This document shows positions 32,386 to 41,118 of a stretch of 64,000 bases of DNA, piece by piece. Location of the stretch: the NCBI GenBank assembly GCA_977020255.1, contig CDROCS010000095.1, forward strand, positions 1 to 64,000, written 5' to 3'. This DNA comes from Obrimoposthia wandeli (lineage: Eukaryota). The stretch's first letter is position 1. Each line of letters opens with the position of its first letter. The notes below the pieces were generated by a model. It worked only from the letters and a program-made list of their open reading frames with translations. It searched no databases and was not told the origin of the DNA. The translations under genes were made by a program, and so were the position numbers.

Positions 32386-33552
32386 ATGAAAAAATTAGTT
32401 CATGTTGCCGTCGGAGTGATTTTCGATGGCGCACCTGATGATGCTTCTGCTTCTGAGGGTGAAAGTAGGATACTCATTGCCAAGCGTGCTGATCATCAGC
32501 ACCAAGGTGGTTTATGGGAATTCCCCGGTGGCAAAGTTGAGGCGGGCGAAAGTGTTCAGGTCGCACTGCAGCGTGAACTGGAAGAAGAGCTTGGTTTGCA
32601 ATCATCGATTGATGATATGCAGCCGCTGATCACTATTCCCTTTCATTACCCTGATAAATCGGTCTTGCTTGATGTGTGGGCTGTGCATCACGCGACTAAT
32701 TTTTTAAAAGCGAATAATGATGTCGAGTTGCTAGATTCTAAGGTGCTGGAGTCTGAGGTGCTAGATTCTAAGGTGCTAGATTCTAAGGTATTAGGCTCGG
32801 GGCTTGTTGGCAAAGAAGGTCAGCCGTTAGTATGGGTTGAGCAATCTGAGTTGGCTAATTATGAATTTCCTGCAGCGAATAAAGCGATTATCGATGCCCT
32901 GCTATTGCCTAAGCAAATAGCCATCAGTCAAGACAGTAACACCCCCGAAATTATTTTAAGTCAGGTGGCGAAGACACTAAAAAATCATGGCGATATTTGG
33001 ATTCAGCTGCGTGCTCCTAGTTTAGATCAGCTGCAATATACTCAGCTCGCGATGAAACTGTATGGTCTCTGTCATGAAGCAGGCAGTAAACTGATTTGGA
33101 ATTGCCCGCTTGATTGGTATCAAGTCGCTTTTGCCGATGGCTTACATCTGTCTAATAAAAATTTCAGTATGGCTAATGACGTTACCGGTGCTGCAAACAT
33201 CAGCCAAGAAAAACGTCCAATTCCTGCTAACCAATGGTTAAGCATGGCTTGTCATAATCTATCCGAGCTTGAAATTGCGCAAGACATTGCTGATTATGTA
33301 TTGGTTTCGCCGGTGCATGAAACCAAAACCCATCCACAAGCGAATGCGTTGACCTGGTCAGGTTTTAAAGTGATTACAGAGCAAGCTCGAATCCCTTGTT
33401 ACGCACTGGGTGGAATGAAAAAAACAGAACTTGAAAACTGCATTCAATCAGGTGGTCAGGGAATAGCGGGTATTAGTTGCTTTCTCGCTGAAGAAAAAAA
33501 TATGCTTGAGAAGAACGCTAAGCGAAAAGAATATCAAGAGGAAAAATCATGA
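32386..33552 (+). CDS. mutT: Nudix 8-oxo-dGTP diphosphatase fused to a thiamine-phosphate-synthase-like barrel
   Basis: Nudix box [27 protein letters not shown]; C-terminal QLR..ADGLHL..ACH..SPV..TKTHP..YALGG. Confidence 0.9.
   Translation: MKKLVHVAVGVIFDGAPDDASASEGESRILIAKRADHQHQGGLWEFPGGKVEAGESVQVALQRELEEELGLQSSIDDMQPLITIPFHYPDKSVLLDVWAVHHATNFLKANNDVELLDSKVLESEVLDSKVLDSKVLGSGLVGKEGQPLVWVEQSELANYEFPAANKAIIDALLLPKQIAISQDSNTPEIILSQVAKTLKNHGDIWIQLRAPSLDQLQYTQLAMKLYGLCHEAGSKLIWNCPLDWYQVAFADGLHLSNKNFSMANDVTGAANISQEKRPIPANQWLSMACHNLSELEIAQDIADYVLVSPVHETKTHPQANALTWSGFKVITEQARIPCYALGGMKKTELENCIQSGGQGIAGISCFLAEEKNMLEKNAKRKEYQEEKS
32731..32790 (+). repeat. In-frame tandem repeat, 4 x 15 bp (LDSKV-like)
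   Basis: ctagattctaaggtg / ctggagtctgaggtg / ctagattctaaggtg / ctagattctaaggta. Confidence 0.9.
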
Positions 33553-33752
33553 AAGTGAAATGTCCAACGTGCAGTAAAAACGTTATCTGGTCAGAGAAAG
33601 CCAAAGATCGCCCTTTTTGTAGTGAGCGCTGCAAATTGATTGACCTAGGTGCTTGGGCAGATGGCAGCCATGCAATACCGGGAAAAACCGTTGAAGAAGA
33701 AATGATGTCTCAGCAATGGGAAATAGAGCAACAAAACGCTGAACTGCATTAG
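33549..33752 (+). CDS. yacG: DNA gyrase inhibitor YacG
   Basis: [21 protein letters not shown] zinc-finger signature. Confidence 0.93.
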   Translation: MKVKCPTCSKNVIWSEKAKDRPFCSERCKLIDLGAWADGSHAIPGKTVEEEMMSQQWEIEQQNAELH

Positions 33753-33824
33753 CCCTTATTTTTTGCTTTCCTCAGTGTAGTGCAGCGTTGCAGTGGTGAA
33801 TATTTTAGAGACCAGTAACTATGT

Positions 33825-34430
33825 TTACTGGATATTAGTAGTTTTTAGTAGCTCTTGATGCAGTATTTCTACCCGCGTATCTAGAGTTTCTAACGGTAGG
33901 CTATTATCAATAACCCAGTCTGCGTGGGTTAAGCGCTGTTCTCTGGATATCTGCGCGGCAATAATGCGTTTTACTTGCTCTGCATTGTTATCATCGCGTG
34001 AGCAAGTACGCTCAATCTGAGTAGCTTCTGGCACATCCACTACAATTACTTTTGCAACGAGCGCCGCTTGCTTGCTTTCGATCAAAAGCGGAGAGGCTAG
34101 TATGGTATAAGCCGAGGTTGAGCTTGTTAAATCTCGAATAATTTCGTCGCGGATTCTTGGATGGGTAAATGCTTCTAGTTGTTTGCGCTTTGCCTCGTCG
34201 GCAAATACTTGTTGGCGTAACCATGCTCGGTTTAGAGTGTGATCGGCTAATAAAACCTCAGGCCCAAAAAAGTCTTTAATATCGTGCCAAGCAGGTTGGT
34301 TGGGCTCCACAATAATGCGTGCTGCAATATCAGCATCAACAATATGAACCCCTAATGCTTTAAAGCGATCACTGACAGCGGTTTTGCCACTGCCAATGCC
34401 ACCTGTTAAACCAATAATTAATTTTTTCAT
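33825..34430 (-). CDS. coaE: Dephospho-CoA kinase
   Basis: IGLTGGIGSGKT, DADI, THPRI. Confidence 0.96.
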   Translation of the reverse strand: MKKLIIGLTGGIGSGKTAVSDRFKALGVHIVDADIAARIIVEPNQPAWHDIKDFFGPEVLLADHTLNRAWLRQQVFADEAKRKQLEAFTHPRIRDEIIRDLTSSTSAYTILASPLLIESKQAALVAKVIVVDVPEATQIERTCSRDDNNAEQVKRIIAAQISREQRLTHADWVIDNSLPLETLDTRVEILHQELLKTTNIQ

Positions 34431-34436
34431 AACGTC

Positions 34437-35363
34437 TTAGGGTTGTACCATTCCAGGCATATACCATTCCATTATCTCATTACCCCACATTGCTGCAATC
34501 CAGCCAGCGGCTGCCAAATAAGGACCAAAAGGAATTGGGATGTTCTTATCACGGCCTAATATCATAATGCCCGCGATGCCAACAACTGCACCGACTAACG
34601 AGGATAATAAAATAATCATTGGTAAAAACTGCCAGCCAAACCAAGCACCTAATGCGGCTAATAGTTTGAAATCACCAAAGCCCATGCCGTCTTTACCGGT
34701 GGCGAGTTTAAATAACCAATAAACCGACCATAGCGATAAATACCCCGCCATTGCGCCAATAACCGCACTTTGAAGGTCAACAAAAGTATGATCAATATTC
34801 AGTAATAAACCCAGCCACATAAGTGACAGCGTCATAGTATCGGGCAAAATCTGATGATCGATATCGATCACACTCATTGTGACCAAAGACCAAGTAAATA
34901 CCAGCATAGCCGCTAATTGAATTGAAAAAGGGAATTTAATTAGTAGAGCCAAACTTAATAAGCCTGTCGCTAATTCCACCAATGGATAGCGGATAGATAT
35001 TTTAGTTTCTTTACCCTGTTCAGCGCAGCCAGAGCATCGGCCTTTTAATAGTACATAGCTAATGATAGGAATATTTTGCCAAGCTTTCACTGGGCTATGG
35101 CAACGCGGGCAATGAGAAGCAGGCTTGGAAAGTGTATAAGGCGACTCAAGGTTTTTGAGTGCACTGTGCTCGGGTAAGTTATCGGCTAAGTCTTTGCTAT
35201 CAATCAACCAGCTGCGAAATAGCATGATCGGATAGCGTAAAATCACCACGTTAAGAAAGCTGCCGATTAATAGTGATAAAATCAGAATAACGATAGGTAG
35301 AGCATAAGGTTGATGCTGTAGATAATAAGCAGCATCAGACAGTGAAACAAATTCAATAGCCAT
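34437..35363 (-). CDS. pilD: Type IV prepilin peptidase/N-methyltransferase
   Basis: GSFLNVVILR, CPRC..C..C, DIDHQILPD, GMGFGDFKL, PFGPYL. Confidence 0.96.
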   Translation of the reverse strand: MAIEFVSLSDAAYYLQHQPYALPIVILILSLLIGSFLNVVILRYPIMLFRSWLIDSKDLADNLPEHSALKNLESPYTLSKPASHCPRCHSPVKAWQNIPIISYVLLKGRCSGCAEQGKETKISIRYPLVELATGLLSLALLIKFPFSIQLAAMLVFTWSLVTMSVIDIDHQILPDTMTLSLMWLGLLLNIDHTFVDLQSAVIGAMAGYLSLWSVYWLFKLATGKDGMGFGDFKLLAALGAWFGWQFLPMIILLSSLVGAVVGIAGIMILGRDKNIPIPFGPYLAAAGWIAAMWGNEIMEWYMPGMVQP

Positions 35364-36592
35364 TACATTGCATTTCCCATCTCAAAGATTGGTAAGTACA
35401 TTGCGACAATAAGACCACCAATAACAACCCCTAAAAAAGACATTACTAAGGGTTCCATCATCGCAGTCAGTCCATCAACCGCATTGTCAACTTCATCTTC
35501 AAAGTAGTCTGCTGCTTTACTAAGCATACTGTCTAAAGCACCAGATTCTTCACCAATACTGGTCATCTGGACTACCATGTTTGGGAAAACCCCTGTAGCT
35601 TTCATTGCAAAGTGCATTTGCTGACCTTGGGATACTTCATCACGAACATTGAGTACTGCTTTTCGATAAACAGAATTACCCACTGCTCCAGCAACAGACT
35701 CAAGCGCTTCAACCAGTGGCACACCAGCGGCAAAGGTCGTGGCAAGTACTCTAGCAAAGCGTGCAACAGCTGCTTTCATAATCAAATCGCCAAAAATTGG
35801 AGCTTTTAGTAGGCCGGCTTCAAATTTATCTTTAAAAGCGGGTGATCGTGCTAATGCTTGTTTTAAGCCAACAACAAACCCCACAACAACAGCCACCATT
35901 ACCCACCAATACGCTTGAGTCCATTCAGAAATTGCTACCACCATTTTTGTCGGTGCAGGTAATTCAGAGCCAAAACTTTTGAACATAGATTCAAAGGTCG
36001 GAACAACTTTTACTAATAAAATAACGGTAACGATGGCTGCGATGGAGAGAGTAACCGCAGGGTACATCATTGCTTTTTTAATTTTCTTTTTTAAAGCTTC
36101 AGTTTTTTCTTTATAAATCGCTACTTTATCAAGCATCTCTTCTAAGGCACCAGACTGCTCGCCTGATTCAATTAAGTTGCAAAATAATTCATCAAAATGC
36201 TTTGGATGTTTTTTCAGAGCAGATGCAAAGTCATTACCAGCAGAAACATCATCACGGATCTGAGCAATTAGCTCTTTCATTGTCGGGTTATCAACACCAT
36301 CGCCTACAATATCGAAAGATTGAACAAGGGGTACACCGGCTTTCATCATTGTAGCCATTTGGCGTGTGAAAAAGCTTACATCAACCGGAGTTATCTTTTT
36401 AGATCCTCCAAAACTAAACATGGGCGTTGCTTTTTTCTTTTTTACTTTACCTGGCTGAATGCCCTGCTTACGCAGTTGAGCCTTAACAGTTGCTAAGTTA
36501 GCTCCAGAGATTTCTCCCTTGACCTTTTGCCCTTTACGATTAGTCCCTTCCCACTCAAAGCTTTGTAGTTTTTTCTGTGTATCTTTAGCCAT
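35363..36592 (-). CDS. pilC: Type IV pilus platform protein PilC
   Basis: FTRQMATMMKAGVPL, GEQSG, GEESG duplicated T2SSF domains. Confidence 0.96.
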   Translation of the reverse strand: MAKDTQKKLQSFEWEGTNRKGQKVKGEISGANLATVKAQLRKQGIQPGKVKKKKATPMFSFGGSKKITPVDVSFFTRQMATMMKAGVPLVQSFDIVGDGVDNPTMKELIAQIRDDVSAGNDFASALKKHPKHFDELFCNLIESGEQSGALEEMLDKVAIYKEKTEALKKKIKKAMMYPAVTLSIAAIVTVILLVKVVPTFESMFKSFGSELPAPTKMVVAISEWTQAYWWVMVAVVVGFVVGLKQALARSPAFKDKFEAGLLKAPIFGDLIMKAAVARFARVLATTFAAGVPLVEALESVAGAVGNSVYRKAVLNVRDEVSQGQQMHFAMKATGVFPNMVVQMTSIGEESGALDSMLSKAADYFEDEVDNAVDGLTAMMEPLVMSFLGVVIGGLIVAMYLPIFEMGNAM

Positions 36593-36634
36593 TTTTAAAT
36601 TCCGCTTTCTATTTCTATAAAGTCGCTAGGCGTA

Positions 36635-38320
36635 TCAATCTGCTGTGACTCGGTTGGCTTCTTCAAGGCTGGTAACACCTTGGGCGACTTTTTCTAATGC
36701 TGAGGTACGTAAGTTATTGAAGCCTTCTGCTTTTGCAACGGCTGCAATTTCTAGAGAATTGCCATCGTCCATAATGATTCTAGAGAGTGCTGGGGTGATT
36801 TTTACTACTTCGTAAATACCAACTCGCCCTTTATAACCTTTATTACAAGAGTCACAGCCTATCGGCTGGAAGAACGTGCCATTGGCTATAAGCTCTTCCG
36901 TTAAACCAGAATCTAATAATACCTGCTTTGGAATATCAGCAGGCTGTTTGCAAGCGCTGCATAAGCGTCGCCCTAAGCGCTGGGCAATAATAAGACTGAC
37001 CGAGGTCGCAATATTAAACGATGGTACGCCCATGTTTGCTAAGCGGGTTAGTGTTTCTGGTGCACTATTAGTGTGTAGTGTTGATAAAACCAAGTGACCG
37101 GTTTGTGCTGCTTTAATCGCAATAGAGGCGGTATCTAAATCTCGAATTTCCCCTACCATGATGATATCAGGGTCTTGTCGTAAGAAAGAGCGTAATGCTT
37201 CACCAAAATCTAAACCTACTTTGTGATTTACGTTTACCTGATTAATACCTTCAAGGTTAATTTCAACAGGATCTTCTGCTGTAGAAATATTCGTTTCTTC
37301 GGTATTAAGAATGTTCAAACCGGTATATAGCGATACTGTTTTACCTGAGCCAGTAGGGCCCGTGACAAGAATCATACCTTGAGGCTGAGCCAAGGCTTCC
37401 ATGTATAAAGCTTTTTGTTTTTCTTCGTACCCGAGCGCATCAATACCCATTTTGGCGCTAGAGGGATCAAGGATACGTAATACCAATTTCTCCCCCCATA
37501 ATGTGGGTAAGCTGTTTACACGAAAATCGATGGCTTTATTTTTAGATATTTTCATCTTGATACGACCATCTTGTGGTACGCGTCGTTCAGAGATGTCCAT
37601 CTGTGACATGACTTTTAAGCGTGCGGCTATCTTGCCTGAAAGGTTGACAGGGGGGCTGGACACTTCATGTAATACACCATCAGTACGGTAGCGCACGCGA
37701 TATCGCTTTTCATAGGGTTCAAAGTGAATATCAGAAGAGCCACTTTTTATGGCGTCGAGAAGCATTTTATTAACAAAGCGCACAATCGGGGCATCATCAC
37801 CTGTACCTGGTTCATCATTCTTATGCGCATCTTCAGGATTTTCAATGTCAACATCAAGATCTTCATCGTCAAAGTCGTCAAAAGCACTATCTTCAGCCGA
37901 AATGAATTTTTCTACCATCACTGCGAGCTTGTTTTCTTCAACAAGAACAGGCTCAATATTCATACCCGTATTGAACTTAATTTCATCAATAGCGGTGATA
38001 TTGGATGGGTCGCTTTGAGCTAAAAATAGACGGTTGCCACGTTTGAACAGTGGTAAAACTTTATGCTTTTCAATTAAGTCATTACTGACGATATCTTTAA
38101 CTAATAACTCAGTATCGAAGGCTGCAAGATCTAGTAATGGTAGACCAAATTCAGTAGAAGCAAAAAGAGCCACCTGTAAAGGATCAATAAAACCTTTGGC
38201 AACCGCGGTTGTTATAAACGATGATTTTTCATTTTTGGCAATTTCCATGGCTTGTTGAGCTTTATCAGCTTCAATAAGACCAGCTTGGTGTAAAGAACGG
38301 GCTAAACCATTTAGATTCAT
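36635..38320 (-). CDS. pilB: Type IV pilus assembly ATPase PilB
   Basis: SDIHFEP, GPTGSGKT, EDPVE, LRQDPD, GHLVLSTLH, four-Cys Zn motif. Confidence 0.97.
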   Translation of the reverse strand: MNLNGLARSLHQAGLIEADKAQQAMEIAKNEKSSFITTAVAKGFIDPLQVALFASTEFGLPLLDLAAFDTELLVKDIVSNDLIEKHKVLPLFKRGNRLFLAQSDPSNITAIDEIKFNTGMNIEPVLVEENKLAVMVEKFISAEDSAFDDFDDEDLDVDIENPEDAHKNDEPGTGDDAPIVRFVNKMLLDAIKSGSSDIHFEPYEKRYRVRYRTDGVLHEVSSPPVNLSGKIAARLKVMSQMDISERRVPQDGRIKMKISKNKAIDFRVNSLPTLWGEKLVLRILDPSSAKMGIDALGYEEKQKALYMEALAQPQGMILVTGPTGSGKTVSLYTGLNILNTEETNISTAEDPVEINLEGINQVNVNHKVGLDFGEALRSFLRQDPDIIMVGEIRDLDTASIAIKAAQTGHLVLSTLHTNSAPETLTRLANMGVPSFNIATSVSLIIAQRLGRRLCSACKQPADIPKQVLLDSGLTEELIANGTFFQPIGCDSCNKGYKGRVGIYEVVKITPALSRIIMDDGNSLEIAAVAKAEGFNNLRTSALEKVAQGVTSLEEANRVTAD

Positions 38321-38467
38321 ACAATAAGTGCTTTTTTTGTTATTACGCTAGTTTCAGTGTACTGCAATTATTGACGAATGGGAAAGGCTGAGGCTGAGGA
38401 AAGTGAGTAATGAGGGGAGGAGATGTTAGAAGTGTGACGCTGGTGGATAAAACTATATTTCAGATAT

Positions 38468-38491
38468 AAAAAAGGCCCCGGAGGGCCTTTT
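38468..38491 (-). terminator. Rho-independent terminator after pilA
   Basis: AAAAGGCCC-CGGA-GGGCCTTTT; a T run follows on the minus strand. Confidence 0.85.
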
Positions 38492-38511
38492 AAATAATAA
38501 CTAATTAGATA

Positions 38512-39012
38512 TTAGCTACCGTTTACGTTACGAATTAGATAAGTCTTAATAAGAGCAACAGTATTCGCATCGTCGTCAGATCCAGTACCCGAGAACTTAC
38601 TAGTCCAAGTTGTTACAGCGCCACCAAAGGTAGGCGTTAGAATAATATTTGGAGTACCAACACCCGCACCTGCAACAGCTTCTGCTAATTGTAGGGTAAT
38701 TACGCCGTCAGCAGAAACAGAGATTTGAGCAACTTCCTCAATAGCAGCAACATCAGGTCTACGCATGCCAATTGATTGCCATGACGTATCTGTACCACTA
38801 GACGCGGTAAATGCAGTAGGGAAAGTGCCGCCTTCGTTATTAGTAATAGTTAAAGCTGTTTTAATATTGCTAACGCTAGCCAAAGCTGTCGCAACTTTAG
38901 TACGTACAATGTAATCACGGTACATTGGGATTGATACAGAAGCTAGAATACCGATAATCGCAACAACGATCATCAATTCAATTAGGGTGAAACCACTTTG
39001 TTGTTTTTGCAT
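38512..39012 (-). CDS. pilA: Type IVa major pilin (166 aa precursor)
   Basis: MQKQQSG|[17 protein letters not shown] class III signal with E5; adjacent to pilBCD. Confidence 0.95.
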   Translation of the reverse strand: MQKQQSGFTLIELMIVVAIIGILASVSIPMYRDYIVRTKVATALASVSNIKTALTITNNEGGTFPTAFTASSGTDTSWQSIGMRRPDVAAIEEVAQISVSADGVITLQLAEAVAGAGVGTPNIILTPTFGGAVTTWTSKFSGTGSDDDANTVALIKTYLIRNVNGS

Positions 39013-39084
39013 GGACTGCTCCAAAAGTTCTTTTTTATGAATGAGCTTTCTAAAGGATCGCTCTGTCGTTTGTATTTTACATCT

Positions 39085-39100
39085 TGCAGGTAGCATGCCA
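39085..39100 (-). promoter_or_regulatory. sigma54 (-24/-12) promoter of pilA
   Basis: Minus-strand TGGCATGCTACCTGCA: GG and GC separated by exactly 10 nt. Confidence 0.8.
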
Positions 39101-39218
39101 AATAATTATATACCGGCTCAAATCCTTCAAGGTTAGCCTAGAGCATACAGCGCTGGCTTTTTTTCGTCTAGCAGTGCGAAGGAGTTTCTGCTTAAAGACG
39201 GGAATAGTGTGAACTAGG

Positions 39219-39233
39219 TGACAAAAATTGTCA
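39219..39233. promoter_or_regulatory. Candidate upstream activator site (PilR-type enhancer)
   Basis: Perfect inverted repeat TGACA-AAAAT-TGTCA about 120-130 bp upstream of the -24 box. Confidence 0.5.
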
Positions 39234-39246
39234 GATGTTGGCAATT

Positions 39247-41118
39247 TTATGGGATGTTTAGACCTTTTTTGAACTCTAGGCTTTTTTTATGAGAATTTGC
39301 GGTTGAGTCTTTCCAGTTAAATTCTATTAACGATTCTTTTTTCTGTGTGATTAGTGTATTTCCATTCCACCACGAATATTCCTTTTGGCTTACAAGCTCG
39401 GTATAAATTTCATGCTTGATCACGACTTTACCTTGCGGAGTGATCCTATAGGCATGAGCCGCTTGTTTAAAAATATCAGCTTCATTTAATTGTGAGTGTT
39501 TAACTGCACTGACATTATAGCCAGTTTCAAAGCTAAGCCATTGTCGAGTGGGCTCATGGTCTGAAAATAAATCGATGCCATCAAAGTCTGGGTGACTTAA
39601 AGGGGAGATTGAGAGCAGTTCAAGTAAAGTCGGTGCTATATCGATAAGTGATGCTAGTTGCGAGTCATCTTGTGCTATCAGTTTTGGATGCTGGATGCCT
39701 AGTACAACATGATGTTGGCTTATTTGTTTTGCGCTGGTGCCATGCCCAAAGCCCGTTAAAGTTTCTTTTTTACCACTTTCCCAAGTGAAAACTTTTTTAT
39801 CAGAAGGCAGAGTTTCGCCATGATCAGACATTATAATTTGAGTTGATAAGTCATTAATGATTCCCATGCTTTTCAAAGCTTTGTATACAGCGGCTACTTG
39901 TTTATCGGCCATTGCTACGGTATTCGCATAGGCTTCTTCGCTTGTATCTGTGTCAATGGAGTTGCGCCAACTGAAAGGATGGTGGGGTAGGCAAAAGTGA
40001 AAAGCTAAAAATAAGGGTTTATTACCAATATTTTCTTTTTGAAGACTTACTTTGTTAATCAAATAGTCGCTAAACTTTTCGGGATCATAAGTTGTGGGGG
40101 AAGCGCGATTTAGTGTTGAATAAGGAAGAATATATTCAGCGGCGGGCAATAAGGTCGCTAAATTCAATAGAGGGATATCAGAAAATGTTCCTAGAATAAA
40201 ATCTGCTAAACCGTAGGGCGGCCCAAATACTTGATCAAAGCCTAATTCAGAGGTTATGTTAGCAAACCGTTTTTCATCACTGGCATATACCGTGTAGTAG
40301 TTATTGTCTTGTAAGGTATGAGCGAGGGTTTTTATTCCTTTAAATCGCACAGGATCGGTTAAGTTAAATTCTGCTTTATGATGTGTCGGCTGTTGTCCTG
40401 TTAATACAGACATCCATGCCGGAAAGGTACGGGCTAACGGAGTATAAGCTTGAGTGAAATTATAGCTGGTTTTTAATTGCTTACTTATGAACGGCGCTAT
40501 GCTTTTTTGAGGTTGCGATGAATTTGTAATGTCGGGTCTTAAAGAATCGACACTGAAAATGATGATATTTTTATTTTTCTTAAAACCGGTATTATTAACA
40601 GTGGATAGGTAATGGATAGTTCCAAGGAATAAGGTGAAAATACTAATAGAGGCTATTGATAGTAGCTTGGTTTTACTGATAGATATGGAATGTATTTTCT
40701 TAAAATCCAAGATGGGAACTAATACTATGAGTGAAAATAAATAAACCATGTCATTAGAAAGGTCGCTATTTAACGAGAATGTTGAATGTGGAAATAAGAT
40801 AGTATTACTAATAATGGCTATGAAAAAAAGAAAACTAATAAAGAGTAGTTTGGATAGTGCAGGTCTTAGGTTGGATGAGTGTTTTATATACTGATGCAGT
40901 TTCAATACAATGCATAGGAATAATGTATGTATAAATAGAGTGATAACAAAAAATTGTAATAGCTCTATAGAAAAATAGCTGCTCAATGCTTCCTCATAGT
41001 TTAAAGAAGAAAATACCTTCTTATCGTTAAATAGTAATGCGAATTTTGCCGTTAAAAATATGACTTGAACACCTATAAGGAGAAGTGCGTAAATAAAAGA
41101 ATGTATCACTAAGGTCAT
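39247..41118 (-). CDS. Membrane-anchored alkaline-phosphatase/sulfatase-superfamily hydrolase/transferase (623 aa)
   Basis: About 5 N-terminal TM segments, then SVDSLRPD, ARTFPAWMSVLTG, SDHGE, GHG and SLIDIAPTLLELL; ATG overlaps the upstream stop (ATGA). Confidence 0.85.
   Translation of the reverse strand: MTLVIHSFIYALLLIGVQVIFLTAKFALLFNDKKVFSSLNYEEALSSYFSIELLQFFVITLFIHTLFLCIVLKLHQYIKHSSNLRPALSKLLFISFLFFIAIISNTILFPHSTFSLNSDLSNDMVYLFSLIVLVPILDFKKIHSISISKTKLLSIASISIFTLFLGTIHYLSTVNNTGFKKNKNIIIFSVDSLRPDITNSSQPQKSIAPFISKQLKTSYNFTQAYTPLARTFPAWMSVLTGQQPTHHKAEFNLTDPVRFKGIKTLAHTLQDNNYYTVYASDEKRFANITSELGFDQVFGPPYGLADFILGTFSDIPLLNLATLLPAAEYILPYSTLNRASPTTYDPEKFSDYLINKVSLQKENIGNKPLFLAFHFCLPHHPFSWRNSIDTDTSEEAYANTVAMADKQVAAVYKALKSMGIINDLSTQIIMSDHGETLPSDKKVFTWESGKKETLTGFGHGTSAKQISQHHVVLGIQHPKLIAQDDSQLASLIDIAPTLLELLSISPLSHPDFDGIDLFSDHEPTRQWLSFETGYNVSAVKHSQLNEADIFKQAAHAYRITPQGKVVIKHEIYTELVSQKEYSWWNGNTLITQKKESLIEFNWKDSTANSHKKSLEFKKGLNIP

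Noticed and set aside
32386-33552. Nudix plus thiamine-phosphate-synthase fusion as a novel protein
   Set aside because: This fusion after secA-argJ is already known in Pseudomonas and relatives
39247-41118. True formylglycine-dependent sulfatase
   Set aside because: Lacks the (C/S)xPxR signature (has TFPAW)
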